NCBI GenBank assembly: GCA_002633005.1 | Contig: NMRA01000188.1 | Location: 62,001 to 126,000, forward strand | From: Phoronis australis | Taxonomy: Eukaryota; Animalia; Phoronida | DNA: 64,000 bases | Reading direction: 5' to 3' | Shown: piece by piece, positions 12,891 through 26,481 of the stretch | Numbering within the stretch: the first letter of the stretch is position 1 | Layout of the letters: each line of letters starts with the position of its first letter | The notes under the pieces: model-generated | The model's input: the letters and a program-made list of their open reading frames with translations, nothing else | Databases searched by the model: none | Told to the model about the DNA's origin: nothing | Made by a program: the position numbers and the translations under genes

Positions 12891-15099
12891 CTGTTTTGTC
12901 AAGTGACCACATGTTCTTTATCATTAGACGTTCCTTTATAGCAATTTATACCATTGCTTTGAATTCAATATCCCAAAAACGAGAAAATAGTTGAAAGTGC
13001 AAGCGTTTTAGCTCCATGGACATGAGTGTGACGTAAGAACCTACCCAGCGCCAAAGTGTCATGCTCAGAAATTGTGCAGGAGTTTCTTGCACAATTCTTG
13101 TGCCACATCCAGGCTTCTCTGATATCCCACTGGAAAGTGAAAACTCACAACTAATTTGTCACAACTACCACCAACGCAAAGTCTCAGCATTCTTTGTCAC
13201 ATTGAAATAAGCACACTGCACACAGTGGAACATGGCTAATGTAATTGGTTGTCCACATTTACGTGGCTCAGTCTCCTAACTCGAGATTGGCTTATCAAGA
13301 TATCGCCAGGTATTGTTCGTTGGTATTCAAACTTAACACTTGGTCGACTGGCGTTATTGTTTTTGGTGTTTAGGTAGGAAATCGGTGACTTTAAAGCTCA
13401 TCAAACCTACAACTTCATAACTTTTGTTGTCTACCCGCACCCTTAAACGAAATTTATTCATTTATTCATGTACTTGTACCCGTATGTAAATTTCAATTCA
13501 TACTGCATCAAAATCAGATGACGTGAAAATTACTAAGTCTATAGTTCGGGGCTCATCCACAAATTGGCTCGGGGGAAACGTTTTGTTTTTGTATTGTATT
13601 CGATGACGTCGCCGAAAGTGCAGGTATCCCAAACCGTCCGCAGAGACTTCGCAGGCGGGATGCCGCTTTATGGTAATAGGTAAAAAGGTGACAATTGTCT
13701 GGCGACCCATATCGTCTGAAAAATTTTAATACCCCTGCGTTCACCCATCGACGCGGAGACTGCAATTTCCGGATTTTAGTTGGAGTACGCAGGCTCGGCC
13801 GACGGATTTTACGTGGTGACCTAGTGTGACCAGACATAAAACGTTTGCACCCCTAAGTCCGCCTATGATATGACTTTAAAAGTGATGACCAAACTGTGTC
13901 TTACCTCTTGACCCATTTTTATAATCAATTACTAGTCATAATAATCGTTACTGTCTCGTCTCGCAAAAGCGCATTACTTGACAGTATCTGCCGAAATGAT
14001 TTCACTTTCGTGAGTTTCCTCTGTCTACAGAACAGCCCAGCCATATGAGGGCATTCGTGCCCTATACCAGATGCGATTACGACCAAGCATTCATTGAGTA
14101 GAATCATTGTTTCAAGTAGCTCCACAAATTTCTTCGATTTGTTCTGACTTTAATTAACAAAAGTACTTTTTAAAATTCAAAGATTAAAACTGCCAAAAAA
14201 TTTGTTTATTTTTTGTTTGTCTAGTCCCCGGAGTCCGAAAGACATAACTCGTATACCTAAAGAGTATGGTAACGGTGCGAAATGAAACATTGTTATAACG
14301 ATTTATATTCTACTTTCCTTGCCGGGATTTTTGAAGTTGTATACTGTACATAAATACGTAACAACCAAAATCTTTACCAAGACACCTGTATCCCAAAGCA
14401 CTAAACATCGAGCCTTACCGACTGAGTGTATGGCATTTTGCCACGTAATGTCCTCTCACAAGCCACACGGCGGTCAGTTCTAAACAATTTTAAACAGTTG
14501 GTCGTTTCATAGAGAACCTGACAGTCAACAGATCAACTTCCACACCGAGGCTTTATGAAAACAGGAAAGGTTAACTTGGTTAACGCCGCCAACAGTTCTT
14601 TCTAAGAGCTTACAGGGTAAATAGGCACACCATACTGAAATAAAAATTAACTTTTTGACCGTTTTTGTTGATCACAAACGGGGAGAGAGGACATGCATCT
14701 AAACCGGGCAAGTCGCCTCTGAGAAAACCCGTGATGAGGACAACTCAAAGTTTTAATAACAGATTACATCCAACATCAAAGCAACTCTACTCACCAAACT
14801 GTAGTCACTTCAGACGACAAACATGTTCACTTCAAAAATTGAAATGGTTAGCATGGCTACAAAAAGATCTAACTACTTTCCTTTAGGGGGCCATAGGTAC
14901 GTCTTGAGAATTTTAGATAGTTGGGCCGTGGACAGTTATTTTATTGGGGCATGTGACTACGATAATTATGCTCGTCAGACACTCACTCCAGTTGTCATTG
15001 GGTATCCCTCTGTGGTCATCCCTTGGTTTTCACCACGTTTTAGAGGCAAGTGTTCCTTTATTAAGCATTGCTTTTCTTGCTTACTGTAACGTTCGCCAT

Positions 15100-16487
15100 G
15101 TGGTGGCAGCTGAAACTTTTGTTTGAGCGTTAGATTCTGGAAAATCAGATGCTGTTGTTATGAATATGGCTGGCATGAAATAACCAAGTGGAACTCAAAA
15201 GGTAAGATGCTGACAGTCACAGTGTGGAGGTTTTAGGTGCTCTGCGGTACCTTGGGTCTGGCTTGGACTTCCAGTCTGACTTGATGGCTACTGAACGCAT
15301 GGTCCTTAAGGTCGGGTTACTCGACAGGTTCGATAACCTTCTGATCTTACGGTCTCACAGAACTATCCAGCTGTAAGCAATTACATCGTCTATGAATGCA
15401 GAAAGCTGCTGGTGTTATCGTATTATCTTGGCTACCTTGTCGGTCTACAGTCTACAGTCTACAATCGGGTCTGCATTACATAATATTCCATTTCTAAGTA
15501 ATTCTCGGCTGAGTGTGCAACATAACGGGCATCTGTCAAGCTCAGCTGGACAGTGAAGAAATCCAAGTGTCATCGTACAATTCTTGGGATGTCAGACGTT
15601 TCCTGGTCTGCTCGTTAGCGCACAGATGTACATGTGATTGGGGACGAGTTAATGTCCGCATACGGCACAATAACGCATTCATTTGTTATTTCCAAGGTCG
15701 TGTCTCTACTTTGAAGAGGACGAAGCTGCCTCGACTTGAACTACTTGAAAGTTTGTGAGCAGCTCGATTGTTTGTGTTTGCGAAGAAAATTAACTGGTGA
15801 TGCGGAGCACATCTGTTAGACTGATAACATGACAGTTTTGGGATGGATCCGCTAACAGCTGGTGGAAACAGTTTGTAGCAAATTGTATGATCGAGATCCA
15901 GAATAGGACGTGTCTTACCAGAAGATGTTATTGTCCAACAACAGACAACCCAGCTGATTTGCTCACAAGGGGCATCCCTGCAGCTACTTTGATTAGCTCT
16001 GTTTTATTGCTTCAGGACCCTAACTGGTTGGCAAGGCCTACGACACAATAACCTTTGATGAGTAGTAGACGAGAAATGCCCCCACCCCTTCTTTTAACCA
16101 CCTCTGAGGCTTTAGTGTCTTCATTCGATACTAAGTTTTGATGTGAATAGATGGAGTACGGTTACAGAGGCCATAAGAATTGATAACTATATTGGAATGT
16201 GTTTGTATCCTCCAGTTACATATGTTCTATTGGAATGTGTTGATATCCTGTAGTTACATAATATTCTATCCTGTTGTTGTTTATGGTTTACTGGTTCCTG
16301 TTTTGTAGTCGTCAGTACTGTATTAGCCATATATTCCTAGAACCTATTGACTTCCTGTACATTTCTGTATATATTCTATTATCTTTTGATATCAATACAC
16401 TTTTAGTTTGACAGCCAACTGGGCACAATCTTTGTTTTACTCATGACTTTTCAAGAGCAGTTGCCTGTGTTCTGAGGTTAGAAAACA
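15100..16487 (+). mobile_element. BEL/Pao LTR retrotransposon relic (RT end, RNase H, probable 3' LTR)
   Basis: RVSTLKRTKLPRLELL (Pao KSRVAPLK-LPRLEL motif, ~15700-15745), TDNMTVLGWI...WKQFVAN...EIQ (~15820-15900) and NPADLLTRG (~15948-15974), followed by an AT-rich LTR-like tract ending aaaca at 16487. Confidence 0.75.
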
Positions 16488-17369
16488 TGATGACTTGTCA
16501 TTAAAAGACACCAAGCTGCATTTATTTAGGCATAATCAGTCTCTCATTTTGTGTAGTCAATTCAGCTCTTTAACAGAACTGAAGGGTCATCGCAGGGCTT
16601 TTCACCGATTTGTCAAATGGACGTAAACCAAGAGAATGGGGAAAATCCTTGTTCAGTGTATTAATACTAACCATACAAAATTCCCTTGACATGACATGTT
16701 TAGGAAACCGCAAACGGTCTTACGAGTTATACGCATCTTTGTACCTTTCTCTAACAACGACAAATCAAATCGTCTGCTGTTTTGTATTCTCAGTTGTAGA
16801 CCTAATGACGTCATTTGATGTTCCGAATGTCATCCAATCACACAACTGAATGCTTCATAAGTTCACTAAAATAAAATGAAGGAGAGACAGGAGAATAATA
16901 AAAAATAGAATCTTCTTTCGAAGTGCTTGATTTCCACACTCGTGCTCCATGGTGGGGTGGATGGTTAGAGTGTTTGGCGAAGTCTGTTAAAAGTTCAACT
17001 GAGGAAGGGCCACTGAGCAAAAGGGAATTGGGCACCATATTAGTTAAGACTGAGTTTTGTGTAAATTTTTGTCCGTTGACGATTTTTGGTGACCGACACG
17101 AGTTTTCAAAAAACCCTATTGCAAAGAGTTTGCGGTTTCATGTAATCACTAACCTGGTGAAAAGTGTTTGTTGCTCAAATATTCAATTTGTGACGTCCCC
17201 CAGGTTTTCAGACCACGTGACGTGAATTTTTTGCTCAATATTCAATTAGGTATACAGTAGTTGTGACCAGATATTCGTTGTCAAGGCTTTTTATCAAATG
17301 TCATGGAGCGCCTCCCTGGTTAGGCCTAGTTCAACTTAAAAGTTGGGTTTTTTAAAATGAATCTCTCAC

Positions 17370-17679
17370 GTTGATATTCTTCCCCTTCAGTCAGTTGATT
17401 ATTCCATCAATAATTTTTTTAACCGTACGGCTATGCTCTTGTTTGTGTATCAAACCGTCAACGTTTAACTCATCAATTATTCCCAAAGACTTCAGCTTTT
17501 TACACCAAAAGCGGTTCACTTCGGTCTTGTGAAGTATCGCACAAAGTGATTTTAATCTCATTCTCTTTGCTTTAGCCCAGAACGAAGTTTGCACCTCCTC
17601 ATCTGTAGTTACCAAACTCGACCTCCAACGCATAGAAGCGTTTTCTCAGCGAGTGGCCCAGATGGTATGAATTCCATTG
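17370..17679 (-). pseudogene. Orphan pseudogene exon paralogous to the first coding exon of the CARNS1-like gene
   Basis: Same ag|Cx-ATG acceptor and AAC|gt donor as 45430-45739. Encodes MEFIPSGPLAEKTLLCVGG/..TTDEEVQTSFWAKAKRMRLKSLC..LGIIDELNVDGLIH. Has a 1-bp deletion near 17615 and a TGG>TGA stop at 17391-17393. Confidence 0.85.
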
Positions 17680-20519
17680 CTGAAATCCTACAAGAAACCA
17701 GTTTCTAGTTGTTGAAAGGAGGGAAGAGATTAGTGGACCTTCGGAGTTAGTGGGCTATGACTGCACTACATACACACCGTCAATGTTTTTCATTGGTAAT
17801 TAATTTTTCAGCGACGTTCAGAATCACCATCTTCATGATGACATTTGAATAAACTCCATAACATTGACCACTGTCACCAATTTGAAAATCTTTTGCGTAT
17901 CTCATAGAAAATCACTTCTTGCAAGCGCCTGTAGTTAAGAAATCTGCATCAGTTGTATGTAACACAAAACTACTCATCCAACACCCGCATTTTTGCCTGT
18001 TTCACCATTCACTGTCATCATTTTATTTACTTTACTAAACTGTAATAATTCTGCACCATTCACGTTTAAATCACCCGGATCCTGAAGTGCTCCCTTACGG
18101 GTATCATGAATTATAGCATTCGGTAAAATTAAAAACTTCCCCGACGCCAGACAAATATATCGCATCACTAACTCAATGAAATCCGGATTTGTATTAGTAC
18201 CAATGTTAAATTCGCCGATATGGTGACATGATATGCTAAACAGAACATAACCGATACAAGAAATTTATTCGTGTTACATGTACGTGTTACTAACTTGAAA
18301 ATTTTTGTGGGATTACTCTGTTAGTTGGGCAAGTGATATGAAAAGAGTTTTTCATGAAATAGATGGCGGAATATATTTTAATAATTCTTATTTTTGTAAC
18401 ATCAGCAATGAGTGCTGAAGAAATCTCCTTGAAAGCTCAAAAATATTTAGTGCAAGTCTATTATTATTAAGCCTAAACTTCGAAGTTACGTTATGTTTAA
18501 GCAAGTGTCTCCGCTGAAAATGACGTTACTTTTATCTTGTGTCCTTGAAAACGGTCATTATTAACGCAACTACGTCCGGGGATACTCTCGTTGCTCATGG
18601 AGACGGGGCAGTATAAGTACACACTTCTTGAAGAAACAATAATATGTTCCTAGAGGAATAAAAGATCAGTGGAAGATGAAAGGCGTTTCATTTTTGTTTC
18701 ATTTTTACATAACTCACTCATAAGACCTGACCTGTAGTCCAGAATTCATCCATCATTCTAGGGTATGAAAACTTAAAATTCTATTTTAATTGGATTATAT
18801 CCAAGACAAAGTAGAAAATATTTTTGATTAGGTTACACACGACTTCGTGTTTTCAATACCTCTGGTAATTTTCCATGAAAGTTTTATCGAGTTCTCTAAA
18901 TGAGTTTACCCACTTTGAGGATATAATGTCCAAACTAGAAGAGTCGACAGCAGAGTTTAACTAGCAGTTGAGCGCTAAGTGTTAGTTACAACAAATGAAA
19001 CAATTTGAGCAAATGAAGTATATTTTTGAGGGTTTCATTCAATATTCGGGTGCATATTTTGCTGTAAAATGGGTAATGAGATACTGAACAATGCCCAAAG
19101 CGAATGTTCATGCTTTCCAGTTTGCCTTTTTCGAGAAAAGTACCAGTGTGGCACTGGCACACTTTTCTTGTGTACTTATAGCTGTGGTAACAAGAAGCAA
19201 ATTTGGATGAGATGCCTCATATAAGTCGCACTGGATTTTTGTTATCGACTGGTGGTTGTATGCCATTGTTCAGTAGACTAGAGTATTCGCACCGTTAGCA
19301 GGAAGTCCCGGATTCAGGCTCCGGACGAGAAAAAGATCAGACTTAACTATATGTCACTTGACGTAACCAAAGCGTTTATGAAAACTAATAATTCTCTGTA
19401 ATACCATATCAACTCGATGATTTATTGTAACGTATGTGATTTATTTCCTATTAGAATACATGTTGATAGCCCTCTTGATTTGTCGGTAGTCGCAAAGTCC
19501 TCTCAGGAGTTTGTCAGCTATCCGAAATACCTAGAGGTTGTACTGGATATTTAGATTTATCACCTGGAACTGTCATACATTTACGCAAAATTTCCCCCAT
19601 ATAATCGCACTTTTAAAATGATTTAATCCTAAAAGAAAGTTCATGAACCTCTATTTTTCGAATCTCTTGTATATAGCCATAGTTTTTATGATATGCTTGG
19701 AAAATTGCGATGCTGAGTGAGCCTTTTACAATAATGATTTCAGAAGCAGATTACAGAGACTGTAACGAGCAAATTCCTACAAGCAAATAGGTACACCAGT
19801 GAAGACTGGATACACTAAACTTTTGACTGACTCGGCTAACTGGGTGTTTATCTACATGTATGTACAGATGTCTCCATGGCATGGCACTTGAGTATTTTTG
19901 TGACAAAATTCAACAAGTAAATCAAGTACACAATTGACATACCAGATCTAGTGCAAATGTCAGTATCGTGGTATGGGCCATAAGGCCAGAGCTCGGGGGT
20001 GTAGGCCTAATCTTCGTACTTGAGAAAACATTTTCCCACTTGGTAGTTCTGCATGAATGCAAAGTCTTTAGTAATGTGACTATTTTATGGACGCGGATGA
20101 CTGTCTAATTATAATTTTTATTAGATGACTCCAGCATTAAAGCTACAATTTCCGAGTCTTAACTTTTCAAATTCTCGAGTTTTACTTGAATTTGTAGCTC
20201 AGATTTAGGGATTATCCAGTGTGAACTTGGACTAGAAAATCATCCAATGCAAAAGCCATAAAGTACTAAAGCGACATAAAATAATCGTCACTCAGCTTCA
20301 GATCGTATTAAACTAGGAAGGAAAATGGCAAACATATAATTTCGAGTTCGATGTCCAGTAAAAAGATTAATCCCGGACACAGGACTAATTTGGACAAACT
20401 TTCATTCTTTTAATTTGGTGTCGTGTTGTGGACACACTTCGATTGATTTGTTCATCTGCATTCCGCTCAGGGTGCGGGCTCGTTCGTCCGCAAGGAGGGT
20501 TTATCGTGGACCGTTTGGA

Positions 20520-20715
20520 GATACGCTCGTAATTACGACCGAGAATTCGCTCGTGTTTTTCTACAGAGACTTCGCTCGTGTTTTACGACCGAAATCGTTC
20601 GCTCGTAATTACCGATTTTGGCTTGTGAACGCTTCACAGCATGTTCAAAATACGAGCATGAAACTACGAACGTAAAATTACGAGTGAAAAATACGAGAGT
20701 AAAATTACGAGCGCC
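20520..20715. repeat. Imperfect palindromic array of (c)gctcgt / acgag(c) units, probably a foldback MITE
   Basis: Four cgctcgt(aatt/gttt) units followed by about five inverted a(a/t)tacgag units. Confidence 0.5.
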
Positions 20716-22879
20716 CAGTTGCTTCAGAGCTCACGTGACCTACAGTCCAGTTTCTCATTGGATATATTGATTACTGTCGTACAACACGAAAGAAGTCTCG
20801 GTGGTAATTACGCGCGACACTTTCATCCGAAAGACCATCTATAAGGGTTATCTTCGCCACGGATGGCCACATTACGAGTACGCATTGTTTCATACAGTGT
20901 TACCGTTTCAGCTTTGCGTTTGACTTCAGTGAGACGAGCCTAGTGGAATGTGCCTGAGCATTGGGTTATTCCACTCATCGTCTGCACTTTTAAAATTTAA
21001 TTAACAAACCGGGCACCAGCATCTTAATTAGCCTACGCTCATGAAATGAGTTTACCGTTCGAAATGCAAGTGAATCCAGATGTATCATGGAATCCAGGTA
21101 CCCGTGTACTGTTTAATTGTATGGTCCCTCACTTCGTTGATCCAAGTTTGGTGTTAACATTTTTATTTTGATATGTAATTCTATTTTTCTAGTGCCATGT
21201 TGTTAGTTAGATTTTGTTTTAACAAATCAAAGTGTCTGTGCCTATTTAAAAATTACATCATACAGTCATTGAAATATTGCAAACTAACGAAAATTCGGTA
21301 ATGACGGTACTAATTTGCATAAATAGCACATTTCGACATTTTCCACTTGTTTAGGCCAATTTTCAGTCCTCCCCACCTAATTTTGTGCTTCACAAAAATG
21401 TAATTTAAATTCAAGTGTTGACACCCAGGTGAGCGCACGTGGGGGGAGAATTTCTTTCCGACAACTTGGAAGCAAGAGCGGCTTCGTTAACTCATTTCCT
21501 AACATTTCTCAACCAGCTACAATGACTGCTTCTTGCCGCTTCGGACTACAACTGGCACTTACCATGACAACACCTGGAATTTTCTCAGACAGGCTTTTTG
21601 TTTGTGCATTGTGGAACAGATGTCTTGGTGTCAGTGATAACCGCTGTGTTCGTGGCAACATTCTTTCCCGACCACTTTAGCAATTTCGGATAATAAAAGC
21701 TGAATCAGTCATTGAAAATTGAACTTTTTCATTGTTCAAACGGCAAAAATTCTTTAATTACAACAGAACAAATAGAAATTACGTGCCTTGCAACTCTTGT
21801 TTTTAATTTGATAAGCCCGCCATCTATTGAGTAACCTGTACAACACGACGGAGTGACTGGACTCGTGTACACCACCGCTTATCAGTGACAAAAGAATGCT
21901 GAGGAGTTAAAATCGAGGAGAGCGTCGCACACATAGTGCCTTTGAATTGGCAAGGGAAATGTACCAGACGATTTTTTAATATGATGTGTCACTCGCAACT
22001 GTTCGAAACGTGGACGAGCACGTTATCATCTGATTGTAATAAGTCCAATCAACCATTTCTTGAGACATAATCATTTGTCAGTTATTGTTGATATTTTTAG
22101 TAAGTTTAATGTAACTTTGTGCTAAAGTAATACCGATTTTAAAGTGCAACCACGAGACAGGGGCGCCTTCAATACTATTTCTGACGACTAGAAACCTTGG
22201 GTCCATTTACTACGTAAGCCAATACTGCGTGTATTATCTTACTCATATGGAGTACATTTGGTTGCGTGAAAGTAGTTCACTTCTATCATTTTGCGCGGTA
22301 GACGGCGCTTTTGTAAACATGGTGGTTCGTGATTTCTGGTTCAGACAGAAGGCCTATCGCGTTTTTGAATCAATGTAAATGTTACTGAACAACTGTTGTA
22401 AATGCCGACTCAGATCAATATCCGAACCGGGAATCTAACCTGGACCAGCCATGTACGCCTGCACGGTGGTACTTGCTTAAAAAGTGAGTTAAAAGGGGTT
22501 AGAATTGAAGATGACTTGCATGGTGATTTTCGACACATCAGTCACTGTGACTGTGCCGTGGCCGCTTGGACTTCGACTTCAGAGTTCAGTCTTATCACAC
22601 CTAACTACTTTGGAAACAAGTCGGATATAATGTTCCCTGGTTTTGAGAATGACACTATCAATATGTTGTAATAACTTAAGTGCAGGTTCACTAGTTATAC
22701 ATCACGGAATCAGGCTGTTAGTGTTAGCCAGATGGAACTCACCAGTGACAGCAAATGTCTAGACTTGGCCAGGCGAATACATGTGTTGTTGGTCACTTTA
22801 TACTAGGGAAAAATGGGAAACAACAACAGGACAAGGTCATGGTCAAAAAAGTTGATGAAAGTAACAACTGAATAACATT

Positions 22880-24330
22880 TCTGTTAATCAGTGGATTAGA
22901 TAGTGACCACCGTCTCTAGTTGGCCCTAGTAGAGACAGTGAAGCTCCTCTGGGAGTTTCATACATTGATAGATTTTCGGTGACTCATGCCTCACACTGAT
23001 TAAAACATGAAAGTCATGTTGTTTAAGTACCTCTTGTTCATAGAGGGACACCTTAGGTACCCATTGATGTCTTTAATTTCTTCCAACTCAAACAAATACT
23101 CCTGTAATGTAACTTTTTCTTCAATCAGTCCTTGGTTCAGTTGCCCAAATTGTCAACTGGCCAGTTTTACACTGCGCGCCCGCCTATTTTTATCGAGCCC
23201 GCCAGTGTGAGGCATAATTCGTCTTAAATCTTCCGGTGTATGTTGCTATCAGTGGATGAAACTTGTTATTCATGTCAGGGACCAATATATCCTAGCAGAG
23301 TCATATTTTGTAATTATGTAACTATAGAATTTCTGAAAATTTTTGATTAAACATATTTACCAACTGCTGTACTAAAATTGATCAGCTTGGTTAAAATTTT
23401 ACAGCCATAAGTCAACTCACTTGAACACAGATAATTCTAGGAGGCATATCAGTCATGCTAGTAAAAATTGAAAGCCTTTAATTAATATTTACGCATATTT
23501 AAGTTCAGATGGTGAACTGTAATACCCCACTGAAAAAGGCAAAGACATGCCTATTATGTGACAAACTGTTATACTCTGACTCTCACGCACACAAAGTTAA
23601 AAGTGCTGCATTAAAGCAGAGGTACTTGGATTTTTTTAAACTCATTTACATTCAATTCAACAATTATTTGCTGGATACTAGGCCTGTGTTTATCTGCAGC
23701 ACATGCATTGCGTTTTGTTCAAAACTCACGCAGCTGCAGAAATCAGCAAGAATGGATGTCAGCATTTCATTGCTCAGTCTGAAGGTCGACAGAAACATGT
23801 ACTAATTGATTCGCCATCTGTTTCTAAGAAGCCAACAGGGGCAAAGAGATTGTTAAATTTTGAGTCCGTGTTAGTTGACCATGGGTATTCAGTGTCTGAG
23901 GATTATCAACAATCCAACCCTTTCCTGTCAAACGTGTCTAAAGACTCAACTGAGCAACTTGGTCGGATACTGTTGTTTAAAATCAGTACATCTTTGCAAG
24001 ACTTCAGAAAAAAAGTGTGCTTAGACTTCCCCTGAGGGATCTGTATGAAAAGCTGCTTCTTTGGAAAATTGTGAAAGAAGTGGAAAATCGTCCTTATTGG
24101 CTACCACTTCTGTGTGTCATTCACTTCATATTGCTGTGACTAATGACTTCACTGTAGCCATAATGTATGGGATACATGTAGATGTTTGCCAAAAATCCTC
24201 ATCATGCTGGCAATGGTGTATGTTTGAACATTTTTCTGATGGATCACATTTATAGTTTATAATTGTTTTTAACATATATTTTAGCAAAGGTGACATTGTT
24301 GATGATAGCAATTAGATCGATGATATATTA
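22880..24330. mobile_element. Probable AcademH relic: RecQ-like helicase N-terminus (-) head-to-head with a transposase N-terminus (+)
   Basis: Plus strand: MVNCNTPLKKAKTCLLCDK...ICSTC zinc finger (23509-23805). Minus strand ~22880-23110: HDFHVLISVRHESPKIYQ..LP...VVTI-P, resembling a decayed RecQ motif I/Ia. Heavily degenerate. Confidence 0.35.
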
Positions 24331-24977
24331 CATTAAACATTATCCAGATTGAGATAGCCTCCTAAATTCAGAACACAGAAATCACGGCTGAAATTTATTT
24401 TTTCATCCTGAAATTTGAGGCGTGATTTGTATATTTTCGTACTTTTCAAATTCCTAACGCTATGTTGTATCATAACTGGTTGCAAGAATACTCCTGTAAC
24501 TTCATAAAAAGTGACTCTCATGACAAACATTTAATAAATTGTTACCATTCCCCTTGAATTTCTGACAGACAGTTGTGTGAATTTCTAAAAATTGGGACAA
24601 GCTCCGACTTTGTCCCAGACTAGAGAATTTTTGCATAATTAATTTTTGAAATTCAGCATGTAGTTAACTGTAAAACTGATGGATGACTGTTCTTGTTTAT
24701 TAGAGGATCTGCTTTAAGAAAAAATGTTGTAAAAGTGATGACAATTTATTGTATACTTTTTGATCTTTTGTGATGGCGTGGTAGTTTACACCATCTTTAA
24801 AAATGTCAATGACGAAAGGTAGAAATCATAAGTGACAACAGATATAAATAGTCCATTTCAGTTAATGACCCTGAAGCAGATAATACTGGCAGTACCCGTG
24901 TGGTTAAAGAGTCATGACATAATGCTTTCGATTTAAAAATGGTGAGGGACTTTCTGATATGAGTGTTTTTTCACAAG

Positions 24978-24980
<3 letters not shown>

Positions 24981-25032
<52 letters not shown>
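24981..25032 (+). repeat. (TG)n microsatellite
   Basis: About 26 perfect TG units. Confidence 0.97.
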
Positions 25033-25035
<3 letters not shown>

Positions 25036-26481
25036 AGAAAGCGGGTATAACGTTTTTTCGACTTCCTCGAGAGTCTGAAATGCTTAGGAAAATGCTCGCG
25101 GTAGTGAAGAATGAAAGGTAGGCTGTTAATAGCAAGTAGGAGGCCGTAAATTATCTCCGTGTCTGTGGCCGGCATTTTGTCGACACTGATTTCTCTGACG
25201 AATTCCGGCTTACAAAAGAACTATCCATACGTTCCGTTGCCTGTGTATGTTCACGGCGCTTCTTTAGTATTTCTTGATCAGTATGTTCCGGTTCGAACTG
25301 ATAGCCTGTGAAACCTATCGATCCGACCCGTGAAATCTTCGTCACCTGAGCTCTTGACTAAGTCAAGATTGGCGCTGGACGAGTTGCCGCCAATAGTAGA
25401 CGTTTACTATTCTGCGTTCTGTTTCAAAATGAATTATTCTCAACCTAACCAATGCTTACATGAAACTGAAACAAAGTCTGCCTCATTAGATACAATTTGT
25501 AATGCCTTGGAGTGCTCGTGAGTGCAAATGTTTTGAGAAGCCAGCAATGAATAAACCACTGCGTCACCGGCTTTTGATGCCGGCAACAAAGGTAATTGAC
25601 CGGGCACCGAGGCCGTGTGAGCGCATTCTAATTCAGTGTTTGCTGACAGAAAGCTGTTGTCAAACAATTACTCGATTTTATATGTTATGGTCACATGTTA
25701 GGGGAATCTTTATTTAGAAATACAAATACATTATTGAAATCATTGTTACTGTACACCTTTGCCCTGACGGTCTGTGGAAGGGGAACCCCGACAAGTAAGT
25801 AGATTTTCAGTTTCGTGGCTAACTCACATAAATAATTACGTGCAGATTATTTCTATGGCTCACTGTAATAGTCTTTTCGTGACTGGAGGCTTAGTTTCCA
25901 ACTCAAGCTGGCTTATGTTCGTGCCAGTCCCGGCGGCCGCGACGGGCCTGATCGGGTTCCGAGCCACTGGCCGGGATAACAAGCGTTTTGTGTGTATAGA
26001 ACTCAAAAGATCACAAGTATAACAACACAGATCTAGGTTCTCCTGTCTGCAATGTGTATTTCACGGAAGAATACTTCGAATTTATCTTCGAACAGACCCC
26101 AAACTCCTCAGTGTTACAGACCTTGATAGATTGGCCTGCCGAACTTTGAACGCTACGTTGTGTCCAAATACCAGTAAATCCGTAACAGCGAAATAAAACA
26201 ACACGTTTTTATAAGTACTCTTAGTATTTTTAAGGGTTTTACATCGAAGGTTGATGATTTATTGGTGTTAAACGATGAATTCAAGCGATAAGCTTACATC
26301 AGTAACCAGTGTTGTGAACTGCTGAACAGACTGCGTGTGAAACCAATTACGTCATTGGATAATTTCAACCCCTTCGTCTGCCATCAGGTGTCAGTTAACG
26401 CAACCGAACTTGCCGTTGTCGAGTAGAACTACTCGATCTAAATTGATACAAAATAGGTTGTTTTTTGGGTGGCATTCTCCT
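25033..26481 (+). mobile_element. Non-autonomous Kolobok-type THAP element, 5'-truncated
   Basis: Decayed THAP (KKAGITFFRLPRESEML...LRVCGRHFVDTDF). Reverse-complement match to 52812-53830. Ends gggtggcattctcct|TTAA (26467-26481; TTAA 26482-26485). Confidence 0.75.

Larger units (their letters stand above)
4100..13848 (+). repeat. Segmental duplication, copy A (paralogous to ~46965-62567)
   Basis: Collinear same-strand blocks: 4100-4415/46965-47335, 5588-6240/47337-48020, 6311-6420/52690-52798, 6450-7349/54050-54994, 10895-12760/54990-56842, 12810-13848/61050-62567. Identity is roughly 80-85% by eye. Confidence 0.9.

Noticed and set aside
17974-18168. Possible upstream coding exon of the 17.4-kb paralog
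   Set aside because: No recognisable domain, no clean GT donor, and no counterpart upstream of the 45.7-kb exon.
18700-19760. Patches of protein-like translation on the minus strand
   Set aside because: Multiple stops and no family I can recognise; it needs a translated search.
24933-25175. ORF with a (HT)n repeat
   Set aside because: It is the translation of the (TG)n microsatellite and the antisense strand of a THAP relic.
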